A stretch of 64,000 nt of DNA from an uncultured Clostridia bacterium (GCA_949948835.1 CATLHF010000003.1:11459-75458); one strand, 5' to 3'; shown: positions 1 to 10,202, counted from the stretch's first letter. Made by a program: numbers and translations. Notes: generated from the letters alone by a model not told the origin.

Positions 1-1
1 T

Positions 2-694
2 AAAGATAAATACATAAATGAAGAACTTTGTAAAAATGGAATAAGGTCATTTAACTCTTATAATGCGATAAAAAACTGTGATGATAAAATGATGACTTAT
101 GTTATATTATCAAATAAAAATATAAACTTGCCACGTACAATATTGGGTAGTATAAATTTTGGAGTAGAAAACATTAAAGAAGATAATAAAAGTGAAGAAT
201 TTAAGAAATATGTTGAAACAACCTTAAAATATCCTTTTATAACTAAAAAATGTAATAGCAAAGGTGGTAGAGATATATACAAGATAAATAATAGAAAAGA
301 ATTTGATGATATATGTAATAAATTAAGTGGTTCACAATACTTATTTCAACAATTTATTCCAGAAAATATAGGAAAAGATATTAGAGTTGTAGTTGTAGGA
401 AAGAAAGTAGTAGGTTCATTTATGAGAATAAATGAAAATGATTATCGTTCAAATATATCATTAGGTGGAAAAGCATTACCTTATGAAGTTTCAAACGAAT
501 ATAAAGAAATTGCAGAAAAGATAGCAAATGAGCTAGAACTAGATTATTGTTCAGTTGACTTTTTTATGAGTAATGAAAATAATCCAGTAGTCTGCGAAGT
601 AAATGCAGATCCAGCTATTTGTGATATAGAAGAATTAAGTGGGAAAAATGTGGCAGAAATATTTGTAAATTATGTGATTAGTGAAATATATTAA
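2..694 (+). CDS. ATP-grasp (RimK-like) ligase, 5' end outside window
   Basis: The frame is open from the window edge (KDKYINEELCKNGIRSFNSYNAIKNCDDKMMTY...). The C-terminal half looks ATP-grasp-like (DIRVVVVGKKVVGSFMR, SNISLGG, DYCSVDFF). Confidence 0.65.
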   Translation, partial: KDKYINEELCKNGIRSFNSYNAIKNCDDKMMTYVILSNKNINLPRTILGSINFGVENIKEDNKSEEFKKYVETTLKYPFITKKCNSKGGRDIYKINNRKEFDDICNKLSGSQYLFQQFIPENIGKDIRVVVVGKKVVGSFMRINENDYRSNISLGGKALPYEVSNEYKEIAEKIANELELDYCSVDFFMSNENNPVVCEVNADPAICDIEELSGKNVAEIFVNYVISEIY

Positions 695-755
695 GGGAGA
701 AAAGTAAGTTATTTATAATTTAATATATAAAGTAAGTTGAGAATTTAAATAGGAT

Positions 756-963
756 ATGATAAACTTAGTGTATTTGAAATGTTATCATCCATCGTCTGAA
801 GATGGCAACAAAAAAGATATACTAATGGAGTATGCCACAAAAAAATAATTTATATATTAGTGATGGAAGTGATTACCATGGAAGCTCAAAACCAGATATA
901 GAAATTGCTGTAGGAAGAGGCAATTTAAATATTGATAAGCAAATAATAGAAGGATGGTTATAA
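756..963 (+). pseudogene. C-terminal remnant of a PHP-domain phosphoesterase (frameshifted, N-terminus missing)
   Basis: Two short frames read ..CYHPSSEDGNKKDILMEYATKK and NNLYISDGSDYHGSSKPDIEIAVGRGNLNI. These match the C-terminal ~70 aa of PHP proteins. They join only through an indel in the A7 run 839-845. Confidence 0.5.
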
Positions 964-972
964 GGAGAAAAA

Positions 973-1302
973 ATGACAAGAGAAGAGATTATGAAGTATT
1001 GTTTATCATTACCAAATACATATGAAGACTATCCTTTTCCAGAGGATAACTTTTCTGTTACAATGAAACATGTTAATAATAACAAATGGTTTGCACTTAT
1101 TATGAAGGTAAAGGATAAACTGTATGTAAATGTAAAAACGAATCCAGATTATTCAGACATACTAAGAAATACGTATTCTTATATTATTCCGGCTTACCAC
1201 ATGAATAAAGAACACTGGAATACGATTGTGATAGAAGAGAATATTGATGAGGATATTGTAAAAGAATTAATTGAGCAAAGTTATGAATTAACGAAAAAAT
1301 AG
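973..1302 (+). CDS. MmcQ/YjbR family DNA-binding protein
   Basis: 109-aa ORF with RBS GGAG. Family-typical strings are LSLPNTYEDYPF, WFALI and HMNKEHWNTI. Confidence 0.7.
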   Translation: MTREEIMKYCLSLPNTYEDYPFPEDNFSVTMKHVNNNKWFALIMKVKDKLYVNVKTNPDYSDILRNTYSYIIPAYHMNKEHWNTIVIEENIDEDIVKELIEQSYELTKK

Positions 1303-1317
1303 AGGAGATGAACATAT

Positions 1318-2160
1318 ATGCAAAATTTTAACTATCATACACATACGTATCGATGTGGACATGCAGATTTGAATTTAAAAGATGAAGAATATGTAGAAGA
1401 GTTTATTAAACTTGGATTTACGAAAATAGCTTTTACTGACCATTGTCCAGAGAAAAATGAAAATGATAAGAGACCTAATATACGTATGGGATATGAACAA
1501 AGAAAAGAATACTTAAGTAGTATTAGAAAATTAAAAGAAAAATATGCAGATAGAATTGAAATTGAATCTGGATATGAGGTGGAGTATTTACCTGGTGAAG
1601 AAGAAAATTTAATGGAGTTAAAGGAAGAAACAGATAAACTTATTTTAGGACAACACTTTATTTATGATGATAATAGAAATTTAAAAATATTTACTGTTGA
1701 CGAATTTTCTGATGATGATTTGATTCGATATGCAAAACATATTGAAAAAGCAATAGAACTTGGTATTCCTGATATTATAGCACATCCAGATATTTATATG
1801 CTAAGTAGAGAAAATTTTGGAGAAATGGAAGAAAAGGTTGCAAACATGATTTGCAGTGTTGCTGAAAAATACCAAATACCATTAGAAATTAATCTATGCA
1901 AAATATTTAATAGAACATATTATGAAAATAAGAAAATTAATAACGAACCAATCGAAGAACAAAGAAAAAAGTTAGTAAATGTAAAATATCCATGTAAAGA
2001 ATTTTGGGAAGTTGCGTCAAACTATAATATTAAAGTACTTTATGGAATTGATGCTCATTTTAAAGAACAAATACAATTGTGTAAAGAATTAATGCAATTA
2101 GCAAATGAAATAATTGGAGAAGAAGCAATTCAAAAATTAAGTTTTATAGAAGAATTCTAA
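1318..2160 (+). CDS. PHP-family histidinol-phosphatase-like protein (HisJ family)
   Basis: N-terminal YHTHTYRCGHA and FTDHCP metal-binding motifs of PHP/HisJ phosphatases. 280 aa, RBS GAGGAG. Confidence 0.7.
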   Translation: MQNFNYHTHTYRCGHADLNLKDEEYVEEFIKLGFTKIAFTDHCPEKNENDKRPNIRMGYEQRKEYLSSIRKLKEKYADRIEIESGYEVEYLPGEEENLMELKEETDKLILGQHFIYDDNRNLKIFTVDEFSDDDLIRYAKHIEKAIELGIPDIIAHPDIYMLSRENFGEMEEKVANMICSVAEKYQIPLEINLCKIFNRTYYENKKINNEPIEEQRKKLVNVKYPCKEFWEVASNYNIKVLYGIDAHFKEQIQLCKELMQLANEIIGEEAIQKLSFIEEF

Positions 2161-2211
2161 GAATCACACCTCTATTATTATATTCATACAATATGATATA
2201 GAGGTGATTTT

Positions 2212-2892
2212 ATGGCAAAAATTATTGTATATAATAATGATACTGATCGTATGGAAACGTATTACCGTGGATTATCTGAAGCAATGCCATACAATACAGG
2301 AAGAACCCTTACAGTAAGAGAATTTCGAGGAGCAAGTAGAAGCAATACCTTATGGACAACCAAACGAACGATGACCTCTTGGAATTCACAAAGAAGATTA
2401 TATGGAGCACCAATTCCAGTAGGATATGCCTTCCGAAGAGCATGGGAGGGTGGTCATGCAGGGCAATCACAACATTATGCAGGAACAGCATTTGACGTTG
2501 GACAGAAATGGACAAATGCTCAAAGAGCTACCTTGCGAAATAGTGCAAAAAATTCCGGATTATGGAGTTATGTGGAGCCTCTTAGTATTTCTCCTACATG
2601 GGTGCATTTTGATAGAAGACAGAGTCCTCCCGCCTGTTCTAGTGGAGGATATCCACTTATCAGAAGAGGAAGCCTAAGCGTTTATGTGCTAATTGCACAA
2701 GATGATTTAAATACATTAGGCTATTCTACAGGTGGATTAGATGGTATCTTTGGAAACAATACCTATAATGCTGTAAGAAGATATCAAGCAAGTAGAGGAT
2801 TAGCGGTAGACGGAATTATTGGTTGTAATACCTGGCGTTCATTACAAGAAAATGTAGTTGGAACAGGGAGAACTGCCACAACATTAGATTAA
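2212..2892 (+). CDS. Zn D,D-peptidase-like (M15-type) domain fused to a peptidoglycan-binding (PG_binding_1) domain
   Basis: HYAGTAFDV ... WVHFD resembles M15/VanY-type metal ligands. The C-terminal LGYSTGGLDGIFGNNTYNAVRRYQASRGLAVDGIIG is a PG-binding repeat. G+C is visibly higher than in the neighbouring genes. Confidence 0.6.
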   Translation: MAKIIVYNNDTDRMETYYRGLSEAMPYNTGRTLTVREFRGASRSNTLWTTKRTMTSWNSQRRLYGAPIPVGYAFRRAWEGGHAGQSQHYAGTAFDVGQKWTNAQRATLRNSAKNSGLWSYVEPLSISPTWVHFDRRQSPPACSSGGYPLIRRGSLSVYVLIAQDDLNTLGYSTGGLDGIFGNNTYNAVRRYQASRGLAVDGIIGCNTWRSLQENVVGTGRTATTLD

Positions 2893-2894
2893 AG

Positions 2895-2938
2895 AAAAAA
2901 TCAATAAATGTATCATTTTTTACATTTATTGATTTTTT
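2895..2938 (+). terminator. Rho-independent terminator
   Basis: Perfect stem AAAAAATCAATAAATGTA / TACATTTATTGATTTTTT followed by a T-run. Confidence 0.8.
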
Positions 2939-2988
2939 CTTGCATTTTTTGGGAGGAATGATATAATCTTAGCGAGAAATAAAAAAGG

Positions 2989-4197
2989 ATGAAACAAATG
3001 AAAGAACAAAGGAAACGATTAACAAATGAAAATAAAATTTTAATCATGCTTGCTTTTTATAGCATTTCTATTGGACTATGGGGGAATTTTAGACAATTAT
3101 GGTTACAAAACAATCATTTTAATGCAAGTGAAATAAGCAAAATTTTAAGTATAGGAACTTTATTATGTGTGTTAGGGATATTGGTTATTACCAAAAAATT
3201 AACACCAGACAAATTAAAAAGTTTCTTGTTATTAGCTATTGTCATTAAAACACTAAATTTATTTTTATTATTTCAAATAAATGGAAATGAAGTTACAAAT
3301 TTAATTCGTTTTAGTGTTATGTTTGATGTTATTATTGAAGAAATGATAGTGTTATGTATTTATCCATTTATCTGTACCATAAAAAAAGATAATACTTTAT
3401 ATAGTAAAAGAAAACTAGTAGAGTATTTGTTTAAAGATTTAGGAATTTTGATTGGTGGAATGTTAATAGGAAAACTGATATGTGGTACTTATATTGATTA
3501 TAATACCTGTTTATCAATTTCTATTATTTTTTTAATAATTGCTTTTGTTGTATTATTAAATATAAAATTAAATAAAGGACATACAAAAATTGACAATAAG
3601 GATGAAGCTAATATTTTAAGTTATGTAAAAAAACATAAACTGATTCGAATCTATTTATTATATATAGCATTTGGAAATATTGCAATGAATACAGGACTAG
3701 GTTTAAAAATGTTAATGTTAACGAATATGTTTGGCTTTTCGGATAGTGGCGCTACCAATTATTTACTAATTATTGGGTTAATTGCTGATGTCATAGGAAT
3801 ATTAGCATTAAAGTTTTTTACACCAAAAGATGATTATTTTACAGTATTTATAAAATTCGGCTTACGAATGATAGCTTATCTAATAGCATTTTTAACAGAT
3901 AATTTAATTATATGCTTGTTAGCAATCACATGGTCAATTTTAATATCTACTGCATATGAAAATCGAATTGATGGGCAGTACATCAATACATTGCCAGAAA
4001 GCTACCAATTGATGTTTAATAATGTGTTACATATAGTTAAATATGTTTCAACTGCAATAGGAATGTTCTTTGCGGGAGTAACATATCAATATGGGGTTCG
4101 ATATATGCTAGGCTTATCTGTATTTTTTATGCTTTTTCAAATTACATTTCAAAACACATTAATTTATATGTTACATCATCCAAAAGAAGAAGATTAA
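2989..4197 (+). CDS. MFS-type transporter
   Basis: 402-aa polytopic hydrophobic protein with about 12 predicted helices. A sigmaA-like promoter (TTGCAT-17-TATAAT) lies upstream. Confidence 0.55.
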   Translation: MKQMKEQRKRLTNENKILIMLAFYSISIGLWGNFRQLWLQNNHFNASEISKILSIGTLLCVLGILVITKKLTPDKLKSFLLLAIVIKTLNLFLLFQINGNEVTNLIRFSVMFDVIIEEMIVLCIYPFICTIKKDNTLYSKRKLVEYLFKDLGILIGGMLIGKLICGTYIDYNTCLSISIIFLIIAFVVLLNIKLNKGHTKIDNKDEANILSYVKKHKLIRIYLLYIAFGNIAMNTGLGLKMLMLTNMFGFSDSGATNYLLIIGLIADVIGILALKFFTPKDDYFTVFIKFGLRMIAYLIAFLTDNLIICLLAITWSILISTAYENRIDGQYINTLPESYQLMFNNVLHIVKYVSTAIGMFFAGVTYQYGVRYMLGLSVFFMLFQITFQNTLIYMLHHPKEED

Positions 4198-4232
4198 AAA
4201 AGCAAGTGTTTTAGTATAACACTTGCTTTTTT
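4196..4232. terminator. Bidirectional terminator between convergent genes
   Basis: AGCAAGTGTT / AACACTTGCT stem flanked by an A-run and a T-run. Confidence 0.8.
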
Positions 4233-4236
4233 AATC

Positions 4237-4971
4237 TTATCTTTCATTATCGAAATCTTTTTCTGAAGACTTATCTATAATATTTTTACCATCAAACTTA
4301 AGTTGTGAAAAATCAAGGTTAGAAAATTTTTCAGATAATTCTTCCAAATCTTCTTGAGATGGATTTTCATTTAAGTAAACATTTATCATACAATTCAATA
4401 ATTCATCAATTTCAGGATTGTTTTTACTGGACTTAGATACTACCTTATCAATTGTATCATTATGTCTGTTGTAAGAAAATCGAGCAGATGGGTTACTGTT
4501 TGGGTCTCTATATCTATCATATATTGTTAGATTGTCTGTATTTGTTTCTTCACTATGAGTATATTTAATAATAGCTCTGCTTTTTAAATCAGAAGATGAA
4601 TTTTGATAAATAAAATCTAAAAGAGCAGCTTCGGCAGATTCTAAGACATCTTCTCTTGTAAGTTCACTTATTTCTTGTTGTGTATGTGTTGGGACAGAAG
4701 TCGTAGGATTAAGAACATGCGAAACGCCTACAGTAATTGCTGCAGCACTTGCTAATGCTGTAAGCGATAAAGTCCCAACTCTTAAACTTCGTATAAGTTT
4801 CTTTTGAGTACTAGTTAAAGAATATTCTTTTTCAATTCCCGGTTTATATAAAAGTCCAATATCTTTAATACCTTTTATTTTAAAACGTGGTTTTGATTGG
4901 TTTCTTGCATAGGATAAATTAACACCATTTTCCTTATTTTGTTTTTGTTGCATATTTGATATTTTTCCCAT
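4237..4971 (-). CDS. Hypothetical membrane-anchored protein
   Basis: 244-aa ORF with RBS GGAGG. It has one TM segment (LSLTALASAAAITVGV) after a basic N-terminus. No family recognised. Confidence 0.5.
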   Translation of the reverse strand: MGKISNMQQKQNKENGVNLSYARNQSKPRFKIKGIKDIGLLYKPGIEKEYSLTSTQKKLIRSLRVGTLSLTALASAAAITVGVSHVLNPTTSVPTHTQQEISELTREDVLESAEAALLDFIYQNSSSDLKSRAIIKYTHSEETNTDNLTIYDRYRDPNSNPSARFSYNRHNDTIDKVVSKSSKNNPEIDELLNCMINVYLNENPSQEDLEELSEKFSNLDFSQLKFDGKNIIDKSSEKDFDNER

Positions 4972-5136
4972 AATAATTCCTCCAAAAGTTACTTTATAAC
5001 AAGTATAACATTATTACATAAAAAAAGTCAAAAAAAGTTCGAAAAATATTTGACTTTTTATTTATTATAATAGATAATAAGTATGTTACTACAAAAAGAT
5101 AAATTTATGTTTAAGAAACTAAGGAGGAAATATACA

Positions 5137-7710
5137 ATGTATATGTTTAATCGAATTACTGTTAACCCTCAATTACCAAAGAGGATTAACCGTTTATCTG
5201 AAATTGCAAACAACTTATGGTGGTCATGGAATAGTGAATACTTAAGACTATTCAAAGAAATTGATATCGATTTATGGGAGACAATTGGAAAAAATCCTGT
5301 TAAGTTTTTAAAACAAGTATCACAAGAAAAATTAGAACAAGCAACTACAAATTCAGAGTTATTAAAACAATATGATAAAGTGGTTGAAGACTTTGACGGA
5401 TACGTGAACAGTAAAAATACTTGGTTTTCTAAAAAATATCCAAACAATAAAAATGATGTAATTGCATATTTCTCAGCAGAATACGGGTTAGATGAAATTC
5501 TACCAATTTATTCTGGCGGATTAGGAATTCTTTCAGGGGATCATTTAAAATCAGCAAGTGATTTAGGATTACCTTTTGTTGCTGTTGGCTTATTATATAA
5601 GAATGGATATTTTAATCAAAAAATTAATCGTTATGGAGACCAAGAAAACATCTATCATAACATCGATTTATATAACCTTCCAATTTTACCAGTAAAAAAC
5701 GAAAAAGGGGAAGACTTAATTATTAATGTAAAACTTGCTAGAAGAAAAGTATATTTAAAAGTTTGGAAAATTAATGTGGGTAGAGTAACATTATATTTAC
5801 TAGATTCTGATATTGAACAAAATACAAATGAGGAAGATAGACAAGTTACTTTACGATTATATGGTGGAGATCAAGAAATGAGAATTCGCCAAGAAATTGT
5901 ATTAGGAATGGCGGGAGCTCATCTATTAAAGATACTAGGATTACAACCTACTGTTTATCATATGAATGAAGGACATTCTTCTTTCTTATTATTGGAAATT
6001 ATGAAAGATATTATAGAAGAAAAAGAAGTATCTTTTGATATTGCAAAAGAAATTGCTTCTTCTAAAACTATCTTTACAACCCATACACCAGTTCCTGCAG
6101 GAAATGACATTTTTCCTCTAGATTTAGTAGAAAAGTATTTTAAAGATTTCTGGCCAAAATTAGGATTAGATCGCGAAGGATTTTTAAAACTTGGTATGAA
6201 ACCATGTGATTATTTAGAACAAGGATTTAACATGGGAATTCTAGCATTAAAAATTGCAGGAAAGAAAAATGGTGTTAGTAAATTACATGGAGAAGTTTCA
6301 AGAGAACTATTTGGTGATGTATGGCCAAATATCTCAGCTGATGAATCACCAATTACTCATATTACAAACGGAATTCATACTTGCTCATGGCTTGCGCCAA
6401 ACTTAAAAGAATTATATAACAAATATTTACAACCATACTGGCAAGATTCCATTTATGAGGACAAAACATGGGAGCAAATAGAAAACATTCCAAATAAAGA
6501 ATTATGGAATGCTCATATGGAACGTAAAGTAAAACTATTAAATTTAGTAAAACAAAATGTAACAAATAGAATGAGACAAGAAGGGTATTCATATGATGAA
6601 ATCAAAGATATGGTTTCTAAATTAGACCCGAATGCTTTAACAATTGGTTTTGCAAGAAGATTTGCAACCTATAAAAGAGCAACATTAATTTTTAGAGATT
6701 TAGAAAGAATTACACAAATACTAAATGATAATGAACGTCCTGTCCAAATTATTTTTGCAGGAAAAGCACATCCAGCTGATAAAGAAGGACAAGATTTAAT
6801 TAAATACATTCACGAAATTTCATTAAAACCACAATTTAGAGGAAAAATCTTTATTTTAGAAAATTATAACATTCAAATTGCAAGATATTTAGTGAGCGGG
6901 GTAGATGTATGGTTAAATAACCCAAGAAGACCAATGGAAGCATCTGGAACTAGTGGGCAAAAAGCATCTGTAAATGGTGTTGTAAACTTTAGTATTTCAG
7001 ATGGTTGGTGGGCAGAAGGATATAATAGTAAAAACGGTTGGTTAATTGGAACAAATGAACAATATCCATCATATGATGTACAGGATAATGCCGATAGTGA
7101 AAGTATTTACCAAACATTAGAAAATAAAATTATACCAGCATATTATGAAAAAGACGAAAATGGTATTTCTGCTACTTGGATGGAATATATGAAAAACTCA
7201 ATCTTATCGACTGGTGGAAAATATAGTACCTCCAGAATGGTCGTAGACTATGTAGATAAATTGTATATGCCATTAATGAATTTAACCAATCAATATTTTT
7301 CTAGTTTAGAAGAAGTAACCGCTTACTATGCTTGGAAGAATGAATTATACAATAACTGGAATGATATAAAAATCTATCAACAAAGCAATCTAGATAATAT
7401 TACATTAGATGCAGGAAACAATATTGAAGTAAGTTGTGCAGTAGAACTTCCAAATATTAACCGTGAAAATGTAGAAGTCGAAGTTTACTATGGAAAAATA
7501 TTAGATAATGGTGTTGTACGAAGCATGCAAATTATTCCAATGCAATTTAAAGAAAATGTAGAAGAAAAAGAAAATACCTATCTATATAAAGCAAAAATCG
7601 AGTTAACAACAGGAGGAAATTACGGTTATACCTTTAGAGTAATGCCAAAACACAAAATGTTATTGGATAGTGCTAATTTGGATTTAGTAAAATGGATTAC
7701 AAATGAATAA
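5137..7710 (+). CDS. glgP: Alpha-glucan (glycogen/maltodextrin) phosphorylase, GT35
   Basis: WWSWN, YFSAEYG, SGGLGILSGDHLKSASDLG and GKAHPADKEGQ motifs of the alpha-glucan phosphorylase family. I place the start at ATG 5137, behind AAGGAGG, rather than at the ORF-track 5083. Confidence 0.9.
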   Translation: MYMFNRITVNPQLPKRINRLSEIANNLWWSWNSEYLRLFKEIDIDLWETIGKNPVKFLKQVSQEKLEQATTNSELLKQYDKVVEDFDGYVNSKNTWFSKKYPNNKNDVIAYFSAEYGLDEILPIYSGGLGILSGDHLKSASDLGLPFVAVGLLYKNGYFNQKINRYGDQENIYHNIDLYNLPILPVKNEKGEDLIINVKLARRKVYLKVWKINVGRVTLYLLDSDIEQNTNEEDRQVTLRLYGGDQEMRIRQEIVLGMAGAHLLKILGLQPTVYHMNEGHSSFLLLEIMKDIIEEKEVSFDIAKEIASSKTIFTTHTPVPAGNDIFPLDLVEKYFKDFWPKLGLDREGFLKLGMKPCDYLEQGFNMGILALKIAGKKNGVSKLHGEVSRELFGDVWPNISADESPITHITNGIHTCSWLAPNLKELYNKYLQPYWQDSIYEDKTWEQIENIPNKELWNAHMERKVKLLNLVKQNVTNRMRQEGYSYDEIKDMVSKLDPNALTIGFARRFATYKRATLIFRDLERITQILNDNERPVQIIFAGKAHPADKEGQDLIKYIHEISLKPQFRGKIFILENYNIQIARYLVSGVDVWLNNPRRPMEASGTSGQKASVNGVVNFSISDGWWAEGYNSKNGWLIGTNEQYPSYDVQDNADSESIYQTLENKIIPAYYEKDENGISATWMEYMKNSILSTGGKYSTSRMVVDYVDKLYMPLMNLTNQYFSSLEEVTAYYAWKNELYNNWNDIKIYQQSNLDNITLDAGNNIEVSCAVELPNINRENVEVEVYYGKILDNGVVRSMQIIPMQFKENVEEKENTYLYKAKIELTTGGNYGYTFRVMPKHKMLLDSANLDLVKWITNE

Positions 7711-7713
7711 GAT

Positions 7714-7741
7714 AAAAAAAGACCTTTTATGGTCTTTTTTT
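7714..7741 (+). terminator. Rho-independent terminator of glgP
   Basis: AAAAAAGACC tttta GGTCTTTTTTT. Confidence 0.8.
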
Positions 7742-7841
7742 GAAAAATGTCAACTTTTTTGTCGAAACCCTATTGAATAAATGATTTTGTTTGTGTTATA
7801 ATACGTAGGTGTTGAAAAAAATTAGGAAAGAGGGAATTAAA

Positions 7842-9278
7842 TTGAAGAAAGATTTAAAAAAGACTAAAATTGTCGGAACAATTGGACCTGCTAGTGAAAA
7901 TATACTAGAAGATTTATTTAAAGCAGGATTAAACGTATGTAGAGTTAACTATTCACATGGAAGTTGGGATGAACAATCTGAAAAAACAGAAGATATCATC
8001 CGTTTAAGAAAAGAAATGGATTTACCAATCGCATTACTTTTAGATATGAAAGGTCCTGAAATAAGAACAGGAATGTTATATACAGGAAAAAATGATAAAA
8101 TAAACATAGTAGATGGACAAAAATTTACATTAGTAAATGAAGATATTACGGGAGATGAAGAAAAAGTTTCTATATCTTATAAAGAATTATATAAAGATGT
8201 AGAAATAGGAACAAAAATATTAATCGATGATGGTGCAATTGAATTAAAAGTTGACGAAATTGTAGGAAAAGATATTGTTTGTACAGTCGTTCATGGAAAT
8301 AAATTAGGAAGTAGAAAAACGATGAGTCTACCAGGAACAATAATAAAACTACCAGCATTAGCTGAAAAAGACATTGCAGATTTAAAAACTGCTTGTGAAC
8401 ATGAATATGATTTTGTTGCAATTTCATTTGCAAGAAACTTAGACGATATTAGACAAGTAAGAGAAGTATTAGATGAAAATGGTGGAACAGATATCCAAAT
8501 CGTAACAAAAATTGAAAACGTAGAAGGATTATCTAATTTAGACGATATCTTAAAACAAGCAGATGCTCAAATGATTGCTCGTGGTGATATGGCTACAGAA
8601 ACAGATTTTACAGAACCACCAGTTGTTCAAAAAAGAATTATTAAAACATCTAACAAACTATGCAAACCAGCAATTACAGCAACACAAATGCTAGAATCTA
8701 TGATGAGTAATCCATTACCAACAAGAGCTGAAGCAAGTGATGTTGCAAACGCTATTTATGATAGAACAAGTGCAATAATGTTATCTGGAGAATGTGCAAT
8801 GGGTAAATACCCACTAGAATGTGTTCAAACAATGACTAAAATTGCTCATAGAGTAGAACCAGAAATTGATTACTGGAAAAAATTTGATGAAAACAAAAAT
8901 ATTGAATTAAACGATTTAGAAGCAAACATTGTTTACTCAACATGCGTTATGGCTAAAAATACAAAAGCAGATGCTATTGTATGCTATACACATTCAGGAG
9001 ATACAGCAAGAAAATTCTCAGGAATGGGAGCAGGATGCCCAATTTTAGCTGTAACAGATAACAGAAGAACATTCAATCAATTAGCATTAGCATGGAATGT
9101 TCAACCAGTATTTGTAGAAGCTGGAGCAACAATTGATGAAACAGTTGAAAAAGGTATCGAAAAACTAAAATCAAAAGGAATGTTAGAAAGCGGAGACCTA
9201 ATTGTTTTAGCAGGTGGAAACAAACTATTAAACAATGCAACAGAGTCTAAAATCGTAAGCGGAGTTGCAAGAATATAG
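7842..9278 (+). CDS. pyk: Pyruvate kinase
   Basis: KTKIVGTIGPAS, NFSHG-like NYSHGS, MIARGDM and TQMLESM motifs. The likely start is TTG 7842 after AGGAAAGAGGG; the ORF track's GTG 7809 is also possible. Confidence 0.92.
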   Translation: MKKDLKKTKIVGTIGPASENILEDLFKAGLNVCRVNYSHGSWDEQSEKTEDIIRLRKEMDLPIALLLDMKGPEIRTGMLYTGKNDKINIVDGQKFTLVNEDITGDEEKVSISYKELYKDVEIGTKILIDDGAIELKVDEIVGKDIVCTVVHGNKLGSRKTMSLPGTIIKLPALAEKDIADLKTACEHEYDFVAISFARNLDDIRQVREVLDENGGTDIQIVTKIENVEGLSNLDDILKQADAQMIARGDMATETDFTEPPVVQKRIIKTSNKLCKPAITATQMLESMMSNPLPTRAEASDVANAIYDRTSAIMLSGECAMGKYPLECVQTMTKIAHRVEPEIDYWKKFDENKNIELNDLEANIVYSTCVMAKNTKADAIVCYTHSGDTARKFSGMGAGCPILAVTDNRRTFNQLALAWNVQPVFVEAGATIDETVEKGIEKLKSKGMLESGDLIVLAGGNKLLNNATESKIVSGVARI

Positions 9279-9293
9279 TTTATGTTTTTGAAA

Positions 9294-9323
9294 TTGACAA
9301 AAATAATAATTTTAGAGTATAAT
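9294..9323 (+). promoter_or_regulatory. SigmaA-type promoter (TTGACA-18-TATAAT)
   Basis: TTGACA at 9294-9299 and TATAAT at 9318-9323. The -10 and initial transcribed 18-mer GTATAATGAATATACTAA recurs at 22711-22728. Confidence 0.6.
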
Positions 9324-9496
9324 GAATATACTAATAAAATAGGGCTAATGAAAATTAGTACAGCAGGTGCAACTGCTACAATAACTCAAAATTAAAACAA
9401 GACATAGGGGCTTGTAAGTCGAGTTGAGCGACACTAAAATTGCACATAAAAAGAGGGGGATTGAACTACTGCGGTAGAAGAATACCCTCTTTTTTG
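9324..9496 (+). ncRNA. Structured leader or small RNA of unknown family ending in a terminator-like hairpin
   Basis: About 170 nt lie between the promoter and an AGAGGG...CCCTCT stem plus T5 (9452-9496), directly upstream of the PBECR4-like pseudogene. There is no convincing ORF and no riboswitch family I recognise. Confidence 0.3.
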
Positions 9497-9517
9497 ATTT
9501 TTAAGGAGGTAAGAAAA

Positions 9518-10202
9518 ATGAAGAATACGATAGAAATAAGAAAAAAGGAAGCAGAAACAACTCTTAAAAAATGTGCAAAATTATATAAAGAACGATTATT
9601 AAATAAAAATGTTATGTTCATTACAATGAAAGCAGGTAAAGAAATACAGGCATTTGAAGTAAGATTTTTAAAGTAAAATTTTTTACATTTAACAGGAGTT
9701 GAAATAAACAAAGAAGAAATTTCTTCAAAAGCTTTTTTCACAGATGCATTAATAATAAGATATCAATTAATGATTTTGAATTTAGAAAAGATAATACGAC
9801 CGATATGAAATTGAAAATTTTGCAAACGCTTGTAACAATTGATATGACAGCTAACATCTTAGGAGATTTTGATTATACAAAAATGTTTTTACAAACCAAG
9901 AAAATGGCGGGAAATATATCTGCTTGTATGGGATTCCAATATTATCAAAATATACATGCATACATACCAAATACAGCATTAAAAGAAGATATACGAAATA
10001 TTACAATAAATAGAGCTAGAATTGTTACTATACTTAAAAAAGATATAAGAAAGAACTATATTCCGATGTTACTCATATTGCTAAAAATATAAACATTTTT
10101 GAAATCTTAAACAATAAAAATATAAAGAAGAAAATTGATTTCCAAAACTTATATTCCGAAAAAGATTCGTATAAAAATTTTTTATCTAACTTAAACCCAT
10201 GA
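9518..10202 (+). pseudogene. PBECR4-like (phage-barnase/EndoU/colicin/RelE-like nuclease) toxin gene, decayed
   Basis: RBS AAGGAGG. It reads ...AFEVRFLK*NFLHLTGVEINKEE..FFTDAL/NNKISINDFEFRKDNTTDMKLKIL...YIPNTALKEDIRNIT...KNY/SDVTHIAKN. There is an in-frame TAA at 9674-9676 and two frameshifts, near 9745 and near 10060. Confidence 0.55.

Noticed and set aside
9440-9517. ORF-track start at 9440 for the PBECR4-like gene (MHIKRGGLNYCGRR...)
   Set aside because: That N-terminal extension runs through the leader terminator hairpin. The AAGGAGG RBS points to ATG 9518.
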